DNA from: Histomonas meleagridis 2922-C6/04-290x
Taxonomy: Eukaryota; Protista; Parabasalia
Reading direction: 5' to 3'
Length of the DNA: 64,000 nucleotides
Assembly: GCA_020184695.1 (NCBI GenBank)
Contig: JAANOX010000047.1
Span: 372,001-436,000, forward strand
The notes beneath the pieces are model-generated. The model worked only from the letters and a program-made list of their open reading frames with translations. It did not search any database and was not told the DNA's origin. A program made the translations under genes and the position numbers. Of this stretch, positions 43,052 through 54,523 are shown in pieces (position 1 is the stretch's first letter; every line of letters starts with the position of its first letter).

Positions 43052-45322
43052 ATGTTTTTTGTAGGTAAAATATCATCGATATATTCACATCCTTCCAAAG
43101 ATAAAATTATTGAAGTTCAGAAGTGTCACAAATCTGATTTTTTCATGGTAATTTCAACACATTCAATTACAACATATGAACAAACATCTTCTGGTTTATC
43201 ACAAAATGTTACAATGAATTTTCAATCTAAACTCGAAAATGGGGAAGAGCTTATTCATATGATTAATGATGGTGAAATTGTTTTGATTTTAACTACATTT
43301 GGCAAAATCATTTCACTGAATGTAAAGCAAAATCATAAGTTACAACTTGCAAACATTTATGTTCACAAAGAATCAAAGTTTGTTACAATTTGTTTTTGTG
43401 ATAATCATTTATTAATTGGAGATGACAAAGGAAAATTATTCATTTTTTCAAAAGATTTCAAAAATGTTTATTCAGAAAACATATCAAATGTTGCTATCCG
43501 TAGTATAAATACTTCTAAATCAAAATGTATCATTTCATTTACCGATTCAACTATTGTTGAAATGCCAAAAGAAGATGTTCTATCAAAAGAATTTTCTTTT
43601 GATAAAGCTGACTTCAAATCGAAATTTATTTTATCTACTGAAGAGAGTGAATTTGTTGTTTTTTGCACACCAACAAATGAAATAATAATTACAGATTCTT
43701 TGGGATACTATCATTCTTTCACAATCCAAGACCTTAACTCTTTGTCTTTCTCTGATGATGGATGCTCTCTTATAGCCAATTGTACAAACGAAATTTGCGT
43801 TTGGAACAAATTTTACATGCGGTTTTTCTCATTCAAAAAGTCGATAGAGAACGTTTCTTATTCCACTTCGTTTTCATCTGATTTCGTTGTAACTGTATCT
43901 CAAAGCGGAATAGGGTGTTATCCTATAATAAAAAGAGGTACTTCTAGAGATTCTCTCTTATACTCTCCCTCTCAAATTATTGAATTTAGATCAAATACAA
44001 ATGGTTGTTCAATTTTACAGCATGAAATAAATTCTTTAGGAATAATCAAGTTTGTAGCCTCAGATGCATATGGAAAGTTCTTTGCTATTGCAAGTGAAAA
44101 TCAAGTCAGCATTTTTAGTAGATCTTCCCAAAAATTGTTTACTCCAAAACACAACAAGGTTTCGATTGAAGGGATCGAGTGGTTTGGTCGCTACCTTTGC
44201 GTGATTAACTATGATTCAAAAAATAATATTTACACACTTTTTGTTTACAGAGTCATGAGAGAGAAATTAGACATTCTTAGGAGTTATCTTTTAACTTCTA
44301 AACCACGTCAAATGAATAGCGATTCTTTTTCTCTTGTTATTGCTTGCAAAAAGAGTATTAACGTTCTCAACGATAAATTTGAATTGAAAAAGTTTCCAAA
44401 TCAATTGAAATTCGAAAAAATTTTTACAAGCACAAAAACAAATCAAATTATTGGCCTTACTAATAACAAAAACATGGTTGTAATTTCCATGAATGATGGA
44501 AATATCATCAAACAATTCTATGACATTGATGATTTCTTTGGTGTCACAGAATACAATCTAATCATTTCAATCATTGGTCCTAAAATAATGATTGGCTCTT
44601 TAAGAGACTTAAGCCTTAAAACATTTATTAGTACAGAATCTGTTCCAATTGGTGTCAACTCATCAATTTGCACATTTTTGTCATTTACAAATTCCTATGG
44701 AACTCTTGAAGTTTCATATTTCTTTGACTTTGCTATATTCAATAATGTTGAAAAAGATCAGTCAATAGTTTCTAAAATGCGATGTCTTAATGAAGATTTA
44801 TTGAAATTTGTTGCAACACAGATTTCGATTCTAAATCTTCGCCAACACCGCTACAACGAGTTCATTACGTTCCTTCGATACTTCCCAGACATCCGTGATG
44901 AAATTATTGTTAATTCAATTCGAGCTGTTGAAAGTAATGAAAGAATTGGAGTTTATGATATCATCGGAAAGCCATCAGAATACTTCAACAAGCTTGATCC
45001 AGAGATTTCTTCGAGGTTACTTCCCGTTGTACTCGATGAGGAAGGGTTCTTCAAGATGTATCCGCTTTGCTTCTCTTTGATAAAGCATTGGAAAAGTGAC
45101 CCCGAAAAAGTGGCAAATTTATTACGTTTACTTATTCCGTTGACCGTTAAGGCAGAAGCTATTGATACTGAAAATGTTTCTGTGGGAGGAATAAAAATGA
45201 GTGTAGATAAATATGGAGATGTGATGGATGAATTTTATGGTTTGTTACAGGAATGTTACAAATCTATGAATGAAGAGGATTCGTTACGATTGAAAAATAT
45301 TACAAAAATACAAAAAGTATAA
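43052..45322 (+). CDS. RIC1: RIC1 (Rab6 GEF complex partner)-like beta-propeller protein
   Basis: N-terminal MFFVG, beta-rich repeats, IKFVASDAYGKFFAIA, and C-terminal FPDIRDEIIVNSIRAVE...GKPSEYF resembling the RIC1 domain. Confidence 0.6.
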   Translation: MFFVGKISSIYSHPSKDKIIEVQKCHKSDFFMVISTHSITTYEQTSSGLSQNVTMNFQSKLENGEELIHMINDGEIVLILTTFGKIISLNVKQNHKLQLANIYVHKESKFVTICFCDNHLLIGDDKGKLFIFSKDFKNVYSENISNVAIRSINTSKSKCIISFTDSTIVEMPKEDVLSKEFSFDKADFKSKFILSTEESEFVVFCTPTNEIIITDSLGYYHSFTIQDLNSLSFSDDGCSLIANCTNEICVWNKFYMRFFSFKKSIENVSYSTSFSSDFVVTVSQSGIGCYPIIKRGTSRDSLLYSPSQIIEFRSNTNGCSILQHEINSLGIIKFVASDAYGKFFAIASENQVSIFSRSSQKLFTPKHNKVSIEGIEWFGRYLCVINYDSKNNIYTLFVYRVMREKLDILRSYLLTSKPRQMNSDSFSLVIACKKSINVLNDKFELKKFPNQLKFEKIFTSTKTNQIIGLTNNKNMVVISMNDGNIIKQFYDIDDFFGVTEYNLIISIIGPKIMIGSLRDLSLKTFISTESVPIGVNSSICTFLSFTNSYGTLEVSYFFDFAIFNNVEKDQSIVSKMRCLNEDLLKFVATQISILNLRQHRYNEFITFLRYFPDIRDEIIVNSIRAVESNERIGVYDIIGKPSEYFNKLDPEISSRLLPVVLDEEGFFKMYPLCFSLIKHWKSDPEKVANLLRLLIPLTVKAEAIDTENVSVGGIKMSVDKYGDVMDEFYGLLQECYKSMNEEDSLRLKNITKIQKV

Positions 45323-46033
45323 AAAATTCGTTCTATAACTAAAGATAAAATTGTTCAATAAAGATCTAAATTATCACATTTGTGAACTATTTTTATTCTG
45401 TGCAAATGCAGTCAAACATTTTAAATAATTAGATATCTTTCATTGACCATAACAAATGTTGATAAAACATTATTAAAATAATTGTTTCTGATGAAGTTTC
45501 GACATTAAAAGAAATGCATTTGAGAGAAATGAATTACTTTTAATATTTTTCGATTTTTTCCCCAATGATATTTGTTTCAAATAATACAAGACAAGAAAGT
45601 CATTGAATCACTATTTATGAGAGTTTGTATATATTTTATATATCTTTAAATAAGTCCACTAAGATAGCACAGAATTTGGAATTAATTTATTCCTTATCCA
45701 TGTTAAAATTATGGGGCTGATACCGTACTTTGTATCGCTTTAATACTCTTTAATATATTCATTCTAATGAGATTTTATCTTGTTTCTTTTACTAAAATTT
45801 TGAGGAAAATATGAAAAATATGGGATTGAATTTTTTTCTTACTTTGATATATAAAGAATCTTTATTGAGATCATGATAAAAAAATACAACTTAATAAAAT
45901 AATTTAAAAAGTTCTCAATAATTGTACTGAATGAAATTATGATCAACAATTTTTGGGATATACAAGTGATGTAATTACATTTTTTAAATACAATATACAA
46001 ACAACAAATTTATTTATTCTATTACACAACAAT

Positions 46034-47422
46034 TTATTCATCCTCATTAATTAATTCTTCCATTGTGTCTTCCACAATAGCAATCAATACATTAATTACC
46101 ATTCCACCAGTCAAGAACAGCCACGAAATCACGAATCCCGTTACTAACCATTCCGAAGCAGCAGCGTGCTCATTTAATTGGTCTTGGGTGTCCATACATA
46201 CGTCAGTATGCATCAACGAGAACATAATTTTCATTCCTCTCAAGAACCCCAAAAACAACTCCGAAAAATGCCCGAAAAATCCGATTCCCATAAACACGAA
46301 TCCGAAATAAAATGGCAAAAATCCGAAAACTAACATCAAAGTTCTCCCGATAGACTTCGAGAACAATCTAAACACAAACCACGTTTCCTTTTTTAATCTC
46401 AAATGTCTAAACAGACCTATGCAATGTAACAAACCAGCAAAAGACAAAAGAAGTAAAATGTTTTCATGTTTCCCATAATCATATCCCACAAATTTAACAA
46501 ATAACAAAACAGATACAAAAGTGACAAACTGATATAAAAGATTAAATAATTCACCGCCATCAACTTTCCATAAAAACGCCCGATATAACGAAATGTAATT
46601 CTTTGTCGCATATTCTTTCGCTTGTTTGGCAAACGAAAAAAGTCGTAATATCGTCATGATGATCGCAAAGCTGTCCGCAATAAGTAACGCAATTGGTATA
46701 ATGGTAACAGACAACTGACTCGCAAGCTTCAATTGACCTTCTTCATATGTGTTCGTTTCAACAAAGATACTGTTGATGTCGAAAAAACCTAATTCTGGTT
46801 CACGTGTAAATGTGATGCTATAAGCAATGTTAGTATGAAATTCAGTGGTTCCAGAAACTCGTGTTAGAAGATATTCCATTTCAAGATTGGCTTCGTTTGT
46901 TCGTGGAAAATATTCTTGGAATAAATCTCCGACAATTGAAACATTATCTGATGTAAGAATATATGAAAAATTCGTGTCATCGTCTAGCGTAAAATCTAAA
47001 AATAAGGGAGAGCCTTCAGAAATTAAATCTTGTGATGGAAAATCATCAACAAATGTAAAAAATTTTTGAGATGATTCTTGGGATTTATTAATTACTTCTG
47101 CCTTGAAGTATAACGATGTGGTTTCATCTTCTTGCTCAAGAAAATAATCATTGAATATTGATTGGAAATTAAGAAAAAAATGAATTTTACAAGCTTGATA
47201 TGTAAGGGCAAAAAAAATGTAAAGAAGAACTATAAATAAATCAAAAAGAGGTCCCCAAGGTATGATATGATGTCGTTCCCATGTTCTGAGATTATCATTT
47301 TTTGGTATATCTAATTCATCATTTCTGTTATTTACAAGTAGGAGCTTTGTGTCTTGTTCATGATGTTGAATCAATGTTCCGAAATTATATAGAGTTCGAT
47401 CAAGTACCCTTTGCCTCGACAT
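46034..47422 (-). CDS. Mucolipin/TRPML-like cation channel
   Basis: IPWGPLFDL at S1, a large luminal loop, six TM segments, pore region FSLMHTD and S6 INVLIAIVEDT. Confidence 0.7.
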   Translation of the reverse strand: MSRQRVLDRTLYNFGTLIQHHEQDTKLLLVNNRNDELDIPKNDNLRTWERHHIIPWGPLFDLFIVLLYIFFALTYQACKIHFFLNFQSIFNDYFLEQEDETTSLYFKAEVINKSQESSQKFFTFVDDFPSQDLISEGSPLFLDFTLDDDTNFSYILTSDNVSIVGDLFQEYFPRTNEANLEMEYLLTRVSGTTEFHTNIAYSITFTREPELGFFDINSIFVETNTYEEGQLKLASQLSVTIIPIALLIADSFAIIMTILRLFSFAKQAKEYATKNYISLYRAFLWKVDGGELFNLLYQFVTFVSVLLFVKFVGYDYGKHENILLLLSFAGLLHCIGLFRHLRLKKETWFVFRLFSKSIGRTLMLVFGFLPFYFGFVFMGIGFFGHFSELFLGFLRGMKIMFSLMHTDVCMDTQDQLNEHAAASEWLVTGFVISWLFLTGGMVINVLIAIVEDTMEELINEDE

Positions 47423-47663
47423 CTGGAAGGAAAGCCGATAGACAATACTCTATCGCACATAAAAAACAAAAAATTATTTTCTCACAAATATGAAAAATTT
47501 CTGTGTTTTAAAAAATGTCATTAAAGAACAAAATCAATCATCCAAATTATATTTTTGTAAAAATGTTTTGAAACTAACTCCAAGCAAAGTAAAAACAGAA
47601 ACCATTATTAAGTTAATAGGAAAAAAATAGTGGTTTAGAATTCCTTTAATGATGGAATCTAAA

Positions 47664-48233
47664 TTAGCAGATGTGGCATGTCTTCTTCTGGTCTTCTTGA
47701 GCCTTTTCTAAATCTTTATTGCCTTCAACCATATCGGTTTTAGCTTCTTCAATCTTATTATCAATTCTCACAACAACTTCATGATCAGCTTGAACTTTAT
47801 TGTTGACTTGCTCTGTGATTTCCTTAAGAGCCTTCATATCTTCGACAATGTCTTGAGTTTGTTCATGAATAAATTGGAGATCTTCGGCATCATGTTGAAC
47901 TTGAAGTTGATCAACATTACCCTCGGTGGCTTGGAGAGCTTTTGCATCCTCAGCAGCATCTTGAGCTCTTTTTTTATCCTCAAACTTTTGAATTAGTTGT
48001 AAAATATTTGGTTTTTGTTGAGAAAACTCATTAAAAACTGGATCAAATATGGCTTTAGCTTCCTGGTTATTACCAATTTTACCTTTTATTTGGTTGCTTA
48101 ATTTTTCCAATTGGTTCATCGTATTTTTGATTGCTTTAATGGTGTTTTCTTCCAAATCATGTTTTTTAAGATTTTCAATGTTTTTTTTGACTTTAGTTTC
48201 CCACAGCTTCTTGAAATTAGTCACATCAGACAT
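47664..48233 (-). CDS. Syntaxin-like t-SNARE lacking a transmembrane anchor
   Basis: C-terminal SNARE motif (EQTQDIVEDMKALKEI...RIDNKIEEAKTDMVEGNKDLEKAQEDQKK); ends TCHIC*. First ATG at 48233. Confidence 0.78.
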   Translation of the reverse strand: MSDVTNFKKLWETKVKKNIENLKKHDLEENTIKAIKNTMNQLEKLSNQIKGKIGNNQEAKAIFDPVFNEFSQQKPNILQLIQKFEDKKRAQDAAEDAKALQATEGNVDQLQVQHDAEDLQFIHEQTQDIVEDMKALKEITEQVNNKVQADHEVVVRIDNKIEEAKTDMVEGNKDLEKAQEDQKKTCHIC

Positions 48234-48635
48234 TAACTGATTTGTTTGTGGATGATTTGAAGTAGCAAAAGACATTAAAATGCCACTTTTTGTCAAAAAG
48301 AAGGTTCATTGAAATAGGACTTCCTTTATGACACTTTTTATAATTTTGAAAAAATAAATAATTGAAAATTCGCAATAGTTTCAAAATTAAATCGTTGAAA
48401 ACCAGCAGCACTTTTCGATCGGCTTTGATAGAATCACGTTCAAAAAGTGAAACCGATACTGTCGATTTTTTTTCACCAGTTTACTTCAATAGGATCAGTC
48501 AAGATTTCATCACAAATGTATGATGAAGTTATTGTAATTCTTTTATTATTTATTATTAATTCTTTAGAAAAAAATTGTTTTTATTTTATTATTTATTTAT
48601 TCCATAGTAAATTCAGCCTAAAGACCATATTTACT

Positions 48636-49907
48636 TTAAGCGTTGTTCATTTGGTTGACGAAGTTCTTGAATTCGTTAAAGTTGTTGTTCATCAAGTTAT
48701 CGCACAGCCTCAGGTACGTGAAGGTTGACAGTCCTTGCGGCACCCACGACTTGATTTGGTTGTACGCCGCCCAGTCGTATCTCTCGAGCGCGTTTTCTCC
48801 CTCGAACTTGAGGCCCGCGTTCTTCGTGTCGCGTAAGATCTGCGCAACGAGTGCCGGCGGATTGCTTCCTGCGCTGTAGTCTTCGCCGGTCATCTCGAGG
48901 CACGTGAAGCAGACTTCGATGTTGTACTGCTTGAACATGTTGATCAAGACTTGGTAGCCGTCGTAGTCCCAAATGTTGTAGTATCCGGCAGTGAGCTCCG
49001 CGCAGTGGCAGCTTGAGGTGTAGTGCCAGTGGATGCCAGAGATTTTACACGAGAGGCGGAGAGAGCTGCCAAAGATTTCGCGTGCGTCTTTTAATACGTT
49101 TGCGCCGTGCTCAACTAACAAATTGGAATACCACTTGTTGAAGAACTTGCCGTATTCGATGTTCCAGCCGTTCGCCCAATATGATGAACCCCCTGGACGA
49201 ACGTTGTAGTCGCCGGTGTCCGTTGGTGGTGAATCCCATTCTGGATGACCTGCGGCGGCCGCTGCTTGCTTGAACTTGCTCTTCATCATTGGATCGTAGC
49301 ATTGGTATGCGCCGCAGCCTGAATACGTCCACTTGTCAAGTTGATATGATGGGTAACGAATTTCGCCGCATGGTCCTGCGCCAACTTCGATCTCGATGAT
49401 TGTGCCGTCGTTGATTAAATCAATGAACTCATCACGAAATGCAACCATGAAGTCATGATACATTTGGAGTGGTGTACGACCATTAACTTCGATATCATCG
49501 TAAGCAAATGAAATATATTCTGAGTCTTTGTTACCGAAAACATCAATGAAGTATGGTTGCATTGAACCTTGGAAAACAAAGTCTGGGATTGGGATATTGC
49601 ATGTATCACCAACGTTACCACCGCAACGATGGAATGACATGACTGGAATGATTTTAAGACCCTTGTTCTTCATCATATTGAAAACTGTTCTGTAGCCTGA
49701 AAACTTGTAATTCTTTTGTGATTGTTCGCAAATACCCCACCAAACATCAATCATTATACCTTTGACATTAGCGCCTTGAAGTTGGCCAAACCAATAATCG
49801 TATTTGCCTGAATCGAGAAGATTTTGATTTGAATCGAACATGGCAAGTGGTGCCATAACGAATACATCACATCCGGATAATGCAGTACCGAACAATAATG
49901 CAAACAT
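48636..49907 (-). CDS. Beta-amylase (GH14), probably secreted
   Basis: Signal-like N-terminus, VMAPL, DVWWGICE, HRCGGNVGD, GPCGEIRYPSY (catalytic Glu), KISGIHWHY, FTCLEM, GENAL (catalytic Glu), FTYLRL. Confidence 0.96.
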   Translation of the reverse strand: MFALLFGTALSGCDVFVMAPLAMFDSNQNLLDSGKYDYWFGQLQGANVKGIMIDVWWGICEQSQKNYKFSGYRTVFNMMKNKGLKIIPVMSFHRCGGNVGDTCNIPIPDFVFQGSMQPYFIDVFGNKDSEYISFAYDDIEVNGRTPLQMYHDFMVAFRDEFIDLINDGTIIEIEVGAGPCGEIRYPSYQLDKWTYSGCGAYQCYDPMMKSKFKQAAAAAGHPEWDSPPTDTGDYNVRPGGSSYWANGWNIEYGKFFNKWYSNLLVEHGANVLKDAREIFGSSLRLSCKISGIHWHYTSSCHCAELTAGYYNIWDYDGYQVLINMFKQYNIEVCFTCLEMTGEDYSAGSNPPALVAQILRDTKNAGLKFEGENALERYDWAAYNQIKSWVPQGLSTFTYLRLCDNLMNNNFNEFKNFVNQMNNA

Positions 49908-50388
49908 TTTGAGTTTTGAAGTGTTTAACCTCTTCCACCTCCTGCCACAATTTTCAATGCGGAAGGTTGGTTTTCTTTGTGCATTTAAAATTGAATGTGA
50001 ACGATTATTTTTATTTTAAAAAGTTGTAATTAAACCCCCCCCCCCCCAGAGAAAGACGTTCTACCAAAAGTCAACCTTTCTAATAGATGTTTTTAGATCT
50101 AAATTTATAGATGCATGAATATGTTCGATATTCTTTTAAGCAAAGGAGAATTTCCAGCTAAGCTAAAATATTGCAGTATAGTACCAAATTTATCCATTTA
50201 ATTTCCATTTTAAAAAACTATTAGTTACTAACACTAATGCATTTTGATTCCTTGTTATTATTCTTCAAATAATTGAACTCAAGTTATGTGTTAATATGAG
50301 ATTTCAACACCTTCTTTGTCCAATTCCTCTGCGCCTTATCGTACATTATTGCATACTTTACATAACCACCTGGTTATATTTTCAAAAA

Positions 50389-51984
50389 ATGTCCGAACTT
50401 TCTTCTAAACTTTGTCTTAATTGGGAAGTATTCGAGCTCGCAGCAATTTCAACTTTTTGTACAACAGAAATATCGCTCGAGAAAATTCGACTTTTTGCTC
50501 AAAAATTTGATGATTTAACAGATTTCCTTACGTTTGCCCAATTTAAAGAAGCCGTATCTCAAATATTTAGATTTAATGCAAATCAAATCCAAGCAATATA
50601 TTCAACTCTCACATGCTTCATAACAAAAGATGCAAATGAAGCACTTCTTCAATCTCAATTATATCTTGCAGATCCTTCATGTCTGCCGTCGCTTACTATG
50701 AGGGTTACTGATATGCTTTGTTTCTTATTTGCTTTGCTTGTCAAAAAGAAATTCAGAGGTGTATCAGAAATTTCAAACATGGAAGCATTTCCATCAAAGT
50801 TGGCACCAAAATTATCTCCAATTAGTTCAAGGCTCTCAGCTTCTGATACGTCTGTTACTCGTGTTATGACATTAAAATCACCATTACAACCCAGACAAGA
50901 ACATTCACCATTACAGCTCATGTTACGTTATTTCATAAAAGAGTTTCCTCAATTCCTTCAAATCATTGCGCCAAAAGGATTGACAAAAATACATCTTCAA
51001 TCTTTATCATTTTTAATTGTAGCATGGATAGGCCCAAGTTACAACCACAGGTTCTCTGACCTCATGGTTGCATTAGATCTTCTTCAAGATTGCGAAGTTG
51101 AGTCAACATCCAAATTTGAACATATCATATACCCATTATTAATCTTCATGAAAGAGGCTGATCTTCGTGATAATGTCTTTTTCTCACCTATTGCGTACAG
51201 GCCATCGATTCCACGCGCCGTTCAAGAACTTGAAACAGATCAATCAATTATTCTTGAAAAACCAATTCTCATTGAAAAGAAATCACAGCACTATGAATTC
51301 GTTGATCCAACTTCTCAATGCCAAGTTTTTATCCACGATTGTCGTCATACGGTTGTATATATATGTGGTCCTGTTTCATGTGTTTTCATCAGTCATTGTA
51401 AGGACTCCACTATATTTGTTGGAGCCGCTACATGTGTTCATATGTCTTATAGCATTAATAACAAAATTATTGCTGCATCACGTATGGTTCATCTTGATGC
51501 TTGCACTCGTTGTACCACATATCTCCTCACCAACACCAACCCACTTCTTACTGGGAACAGTACGAAGATCACATTGGCACCGTACAATGCGCTTTACACC
51601 AAATTCGGCCTTGACATACTTTCAGTCGGAATTAATCCGCAACTCAATTTTTGGGGTGACCCAATTGTGATGGGGTCACTTGGGGTGTCCCAATTTGAGA
51701 AAATGGCACCTGAACGGTTTAGTCTGTTTTCGGTTGTATTCAATTGGGAAAAAACGGCTTCAGTGATTAATCCAATTATACCGCCCGAATACCTGAAGGC
51801 ATTAGAAACAAAAAGAAATAAAATATTGACATTAAAGGCGGACTTGGATCGAATCAGGGATAAAAATCCGGAATTGTATAATAGACTTGTTCAGGAATTT
51901 AAGAATGTTTCTAATAAAGTAGTTGCAGATGAAGGCGTCATGCAACAGGCAAATTGGCTTTATACCTTATTCCAGGATGAATAA
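50389..51984 (+). CDS. TBCCD1: TBCC-domain protein (TBCCD1-like)
   Basis: C-terminal beta-helix: VYICGPV..SHCKDSTIFVGA...AASRMVHLDACTRC...LAPYNALY...NFWGDP. Likely ATG at 50389. Confidence 0.8.
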   Translation: MSELSSKLCLNWEVFELAAISTFCTTEISLEKIRLFAQKFDDLTDFLTFAQFKEAVSQIFRFNANQIQAIYSTLTCFITKDANEALLQSQLYLADPSCLPSLTMRVTDMLCFLFALLVKKKFRGVSEISNMEAFPSKLAPKLSPISSRLSASDTSVTRVMTLKSPLQPRQEHSPLQLMLRYFIKEFPQFLQIIAPKGLTKIHLQSLSFLIVAWIGPSYNHRFSDLMVALDLLQDCEVESTSKFEHIIYPLLIFMKEADLRDNVFFSPIAYRPSIPRAVQELETDQSIILEKPILIEKKSQHYEFVDPTSQCQVFIHDCRHTVVYICGPVSCVFISHCKDSTIFVGAATCVHMSYSINNKIIAASRMVHLDACTRCTTYLLTNTNPLLTGNSTKITLAPYNALYTKFGLDILSVGINPQLNFWGDPIVMGSLGVSQFEKMAPERFSLFSVVFNWEKTASVINPIIPPEYLKALETKRNKILTLKADLDRIRDKNPELYNRLVQEFKNVSNKVVADEGVMQQANWLYTLFQDE

Positions 51985-52492
51985 AACATATTGTTCATTT
52001 AATTTTGTTTTGTATTAATGATTAAATAAAAAATTGATTCAAACGCGAAACAATTAAATTTAAAGTTCTTAAAACTTTTAATTCTTTAGTTTGAATTTCT
52101 CATAAATAACAAGAATATTATTGGAAAATGCGTATTAAACAGATCGCAAAAGTGTAAGATCAATTACAATATACTCAAAGATATTCTCGATGTTTTTTGC
52201 CATGAAAAAATTGAAGTCAAGCAACAAAAAATGAAAATAAATCAAAAATTTTTAAATAGTTTGTTTGAAAATAGAAATTTTAATATATCTGTCCCGAAAA
52301 AGTTAATTAAAATCTGAAAAGAAAATCCAGAAAAAAAAATTTTTTTTGTTAAAATTCTCCTACTTTGTAGAAGTGAGTGAAAAATACAAATTTAAATAAA
52401 TAAAATTAATTAAATATTTTCTCTATGAATAATGCTACAGCACACGTAAATATTTTTCACAGTTATAAAATCACATTTAACATTTAGTCATA

Positions 52493-53550
52493 TCAATCCG
52501 AGCGTGAACTCATACTTTCACTTTCGTGTACATATGGGTCTTGTTCTATATGTATTTCTCTATATTTCTTTGAATGTATTTCCCGTTCCATTTTCCGACT
52601 ATTTTCTTTGATTTTTTGGGTATCTTCCTTTGGAGGTATCAAAGGAGGTAATTTTCTATCCGCACTTCTGCTCGGCGATCTCCTTGTTCCAAGTAATCGC
52701 GTTGGTGATCCCTTAGATTGCGGCGAATTTCTTGATTTCGGCGACGGTTTTGAATTCAATACGTTTTTGCGGTTATTTGATGCTTGCTCTGCGATTTGCC
52801 TTTTGGAGAGTAAAACAATGCGCTGTTGTTCTGCGTTTTCTTGAAAGATACGGATCTCCTCCTTCTGTTTCCGGATTAATCTATTTTTGGCAATGGTGTA
52901 TTCTTTGTTGAGACGCCTTTGCGCTTCTTCAGTTTCTTTGCGCTCTAAATTCTCTGCTTCGTTTTTCAGATCTTGCGCTTCATTAAACTCCCCACAAAGT
53001 GCAAGATTATGAGCAGATTTACGAAGCTCTATAAGTCGTTGAGATGGTCGGCGATATTTATCTGGCATATCTTCTTTCCATTCTGTTTCAAAAGCTTCCA
53101 TTTCGTTTTTATGCTTTTCGTGAAGCTCTGAAAGTTTGTCCTGCGTTCTTTCATCATGTTCATGTATTTTTTGATCATATCTATGGATTAGTATTTGAAA
53201 AAAAATGTTTCAAAAAATAGTTTTATATTTTTTGAAACAAAAAGTACATACTTTGTAACCATCTGATCTGTTGCCGATTTTTTTGCTTCATGTTCTGAGC
53301 ATTTTGAAGCAACTTTTGCTCGTATTTGCATTTCTGTTTTGCAGCGTTCTATAAGTTCGCTAGCATCGCGAGCTTTTATGTATTGTTCCTTTTCAAGAAA
53401 ATTTTCTTTAAGTTCACGTAAATAATCTTGAAAAGATTGTAATTTATCATCATCAATAAAGTCAAGTGACTTAGATTTAGCGGCCTGCTTTCGAATCTTC
53501 TCCATATTTTTTGCTAAATATTTGCTTTCAGAATTTTCGTCATGTTCCAT
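52493..53550 (-). CDS. Two-exon hypothetical coiled-coil protein (exons 53550-53252 and 53180-52493, 328 aa)
   Basis: Removing the 71-nt intron joins ...VTK|YDQKIHEH...EMEAF in frame; spliced length is 987 nt. Confidence 0.88.
53181..53251 (-). other. Spliceosomal intron, trichomonad type (71 nt)
   Basis: 5' GTATGT; 3' ACTAATCCATAG (branch point fused to the acceptor); restores the frame. Confidence 0.92.
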
Positions 53551-54523
53551 TTAAACGCAGAACTACGTTTAACGGTTTCTAATGATGTCAAGGTGATTTG
53601 GCCAAATAACCCCTGAAAAATGTTGATAACACAGTCAAAATTCAGGAATTCATATTGTAGAAATTTGGAACTTTTTCGATTTTGAATGGCTTATTAAACC
53701 TTGTCTTTTGTCCATAAAACGTTAATTTCATTCGAATTTCACAATCTTTGTTACACCAGGTATGAATAAAATGTATATATTTCGATAATCTTTAAAATCA
53801 ATGAAAAAATAGATAATAAGAATTAATGCATTTTATGCAGATATCAGTTTTAAATAAATTCAATATTTATAATCATATTAATGATTTTTATCAATTTAAA
53901 CTGTGCATCATATAAATCGAACTTAAATATGATGAAAATTATATTTGTGAATAGGGTCGTCCCAAGCTGCCCAAAATATTGTGCACATGCCTATTTATAA
54001 ACGAAGAAACTAAAAAACATAGGAATTGATAAAATAAAACAAGTTCATTCATAAAAATCCTTGGGTCCTATCTATAAAAAAATTTGAAACAATATAGAAT
54101 GGATTTTTGCTTAAATATTGAATTTTAAAACAATCCCCTCAGTTTGTTATAAAAATAATAATACCAATATTAAAAACATATGTTTTTTGATTAAAGCATC
54201 ATTAAAATAAAATAAAAAATAAATTAATTAAAAAAAATTCAATTTTGGCAAATTTCGGATTTGGATTACAATTTCATATAAACATATTCTATGTATACTA
54301 GCATATTAATGCTCAGCAAATAAGAGCATAAAAAAATCCTGAATTTTCACAAAAATCATTTGAAAAAATAATACCAAAAAGTGACAATGGCTTGTTGGAC
54401 TAGCTCTGTAAACCATAACAGTAAACAATGAAATCATTGAAAAAGTTACATAATTGCTTGGAATTGATAGTACCATTGAATATCTAAACCCTCAAAATTT
54501 CAATACTCAATTGAAAATATAAA

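Noticed and set aside
50035-50047. C13 run between the beta-amylase and TBCCD1-like genes
   Set aside because: An isolated homopolymer with no supporting structure; length unreliable.
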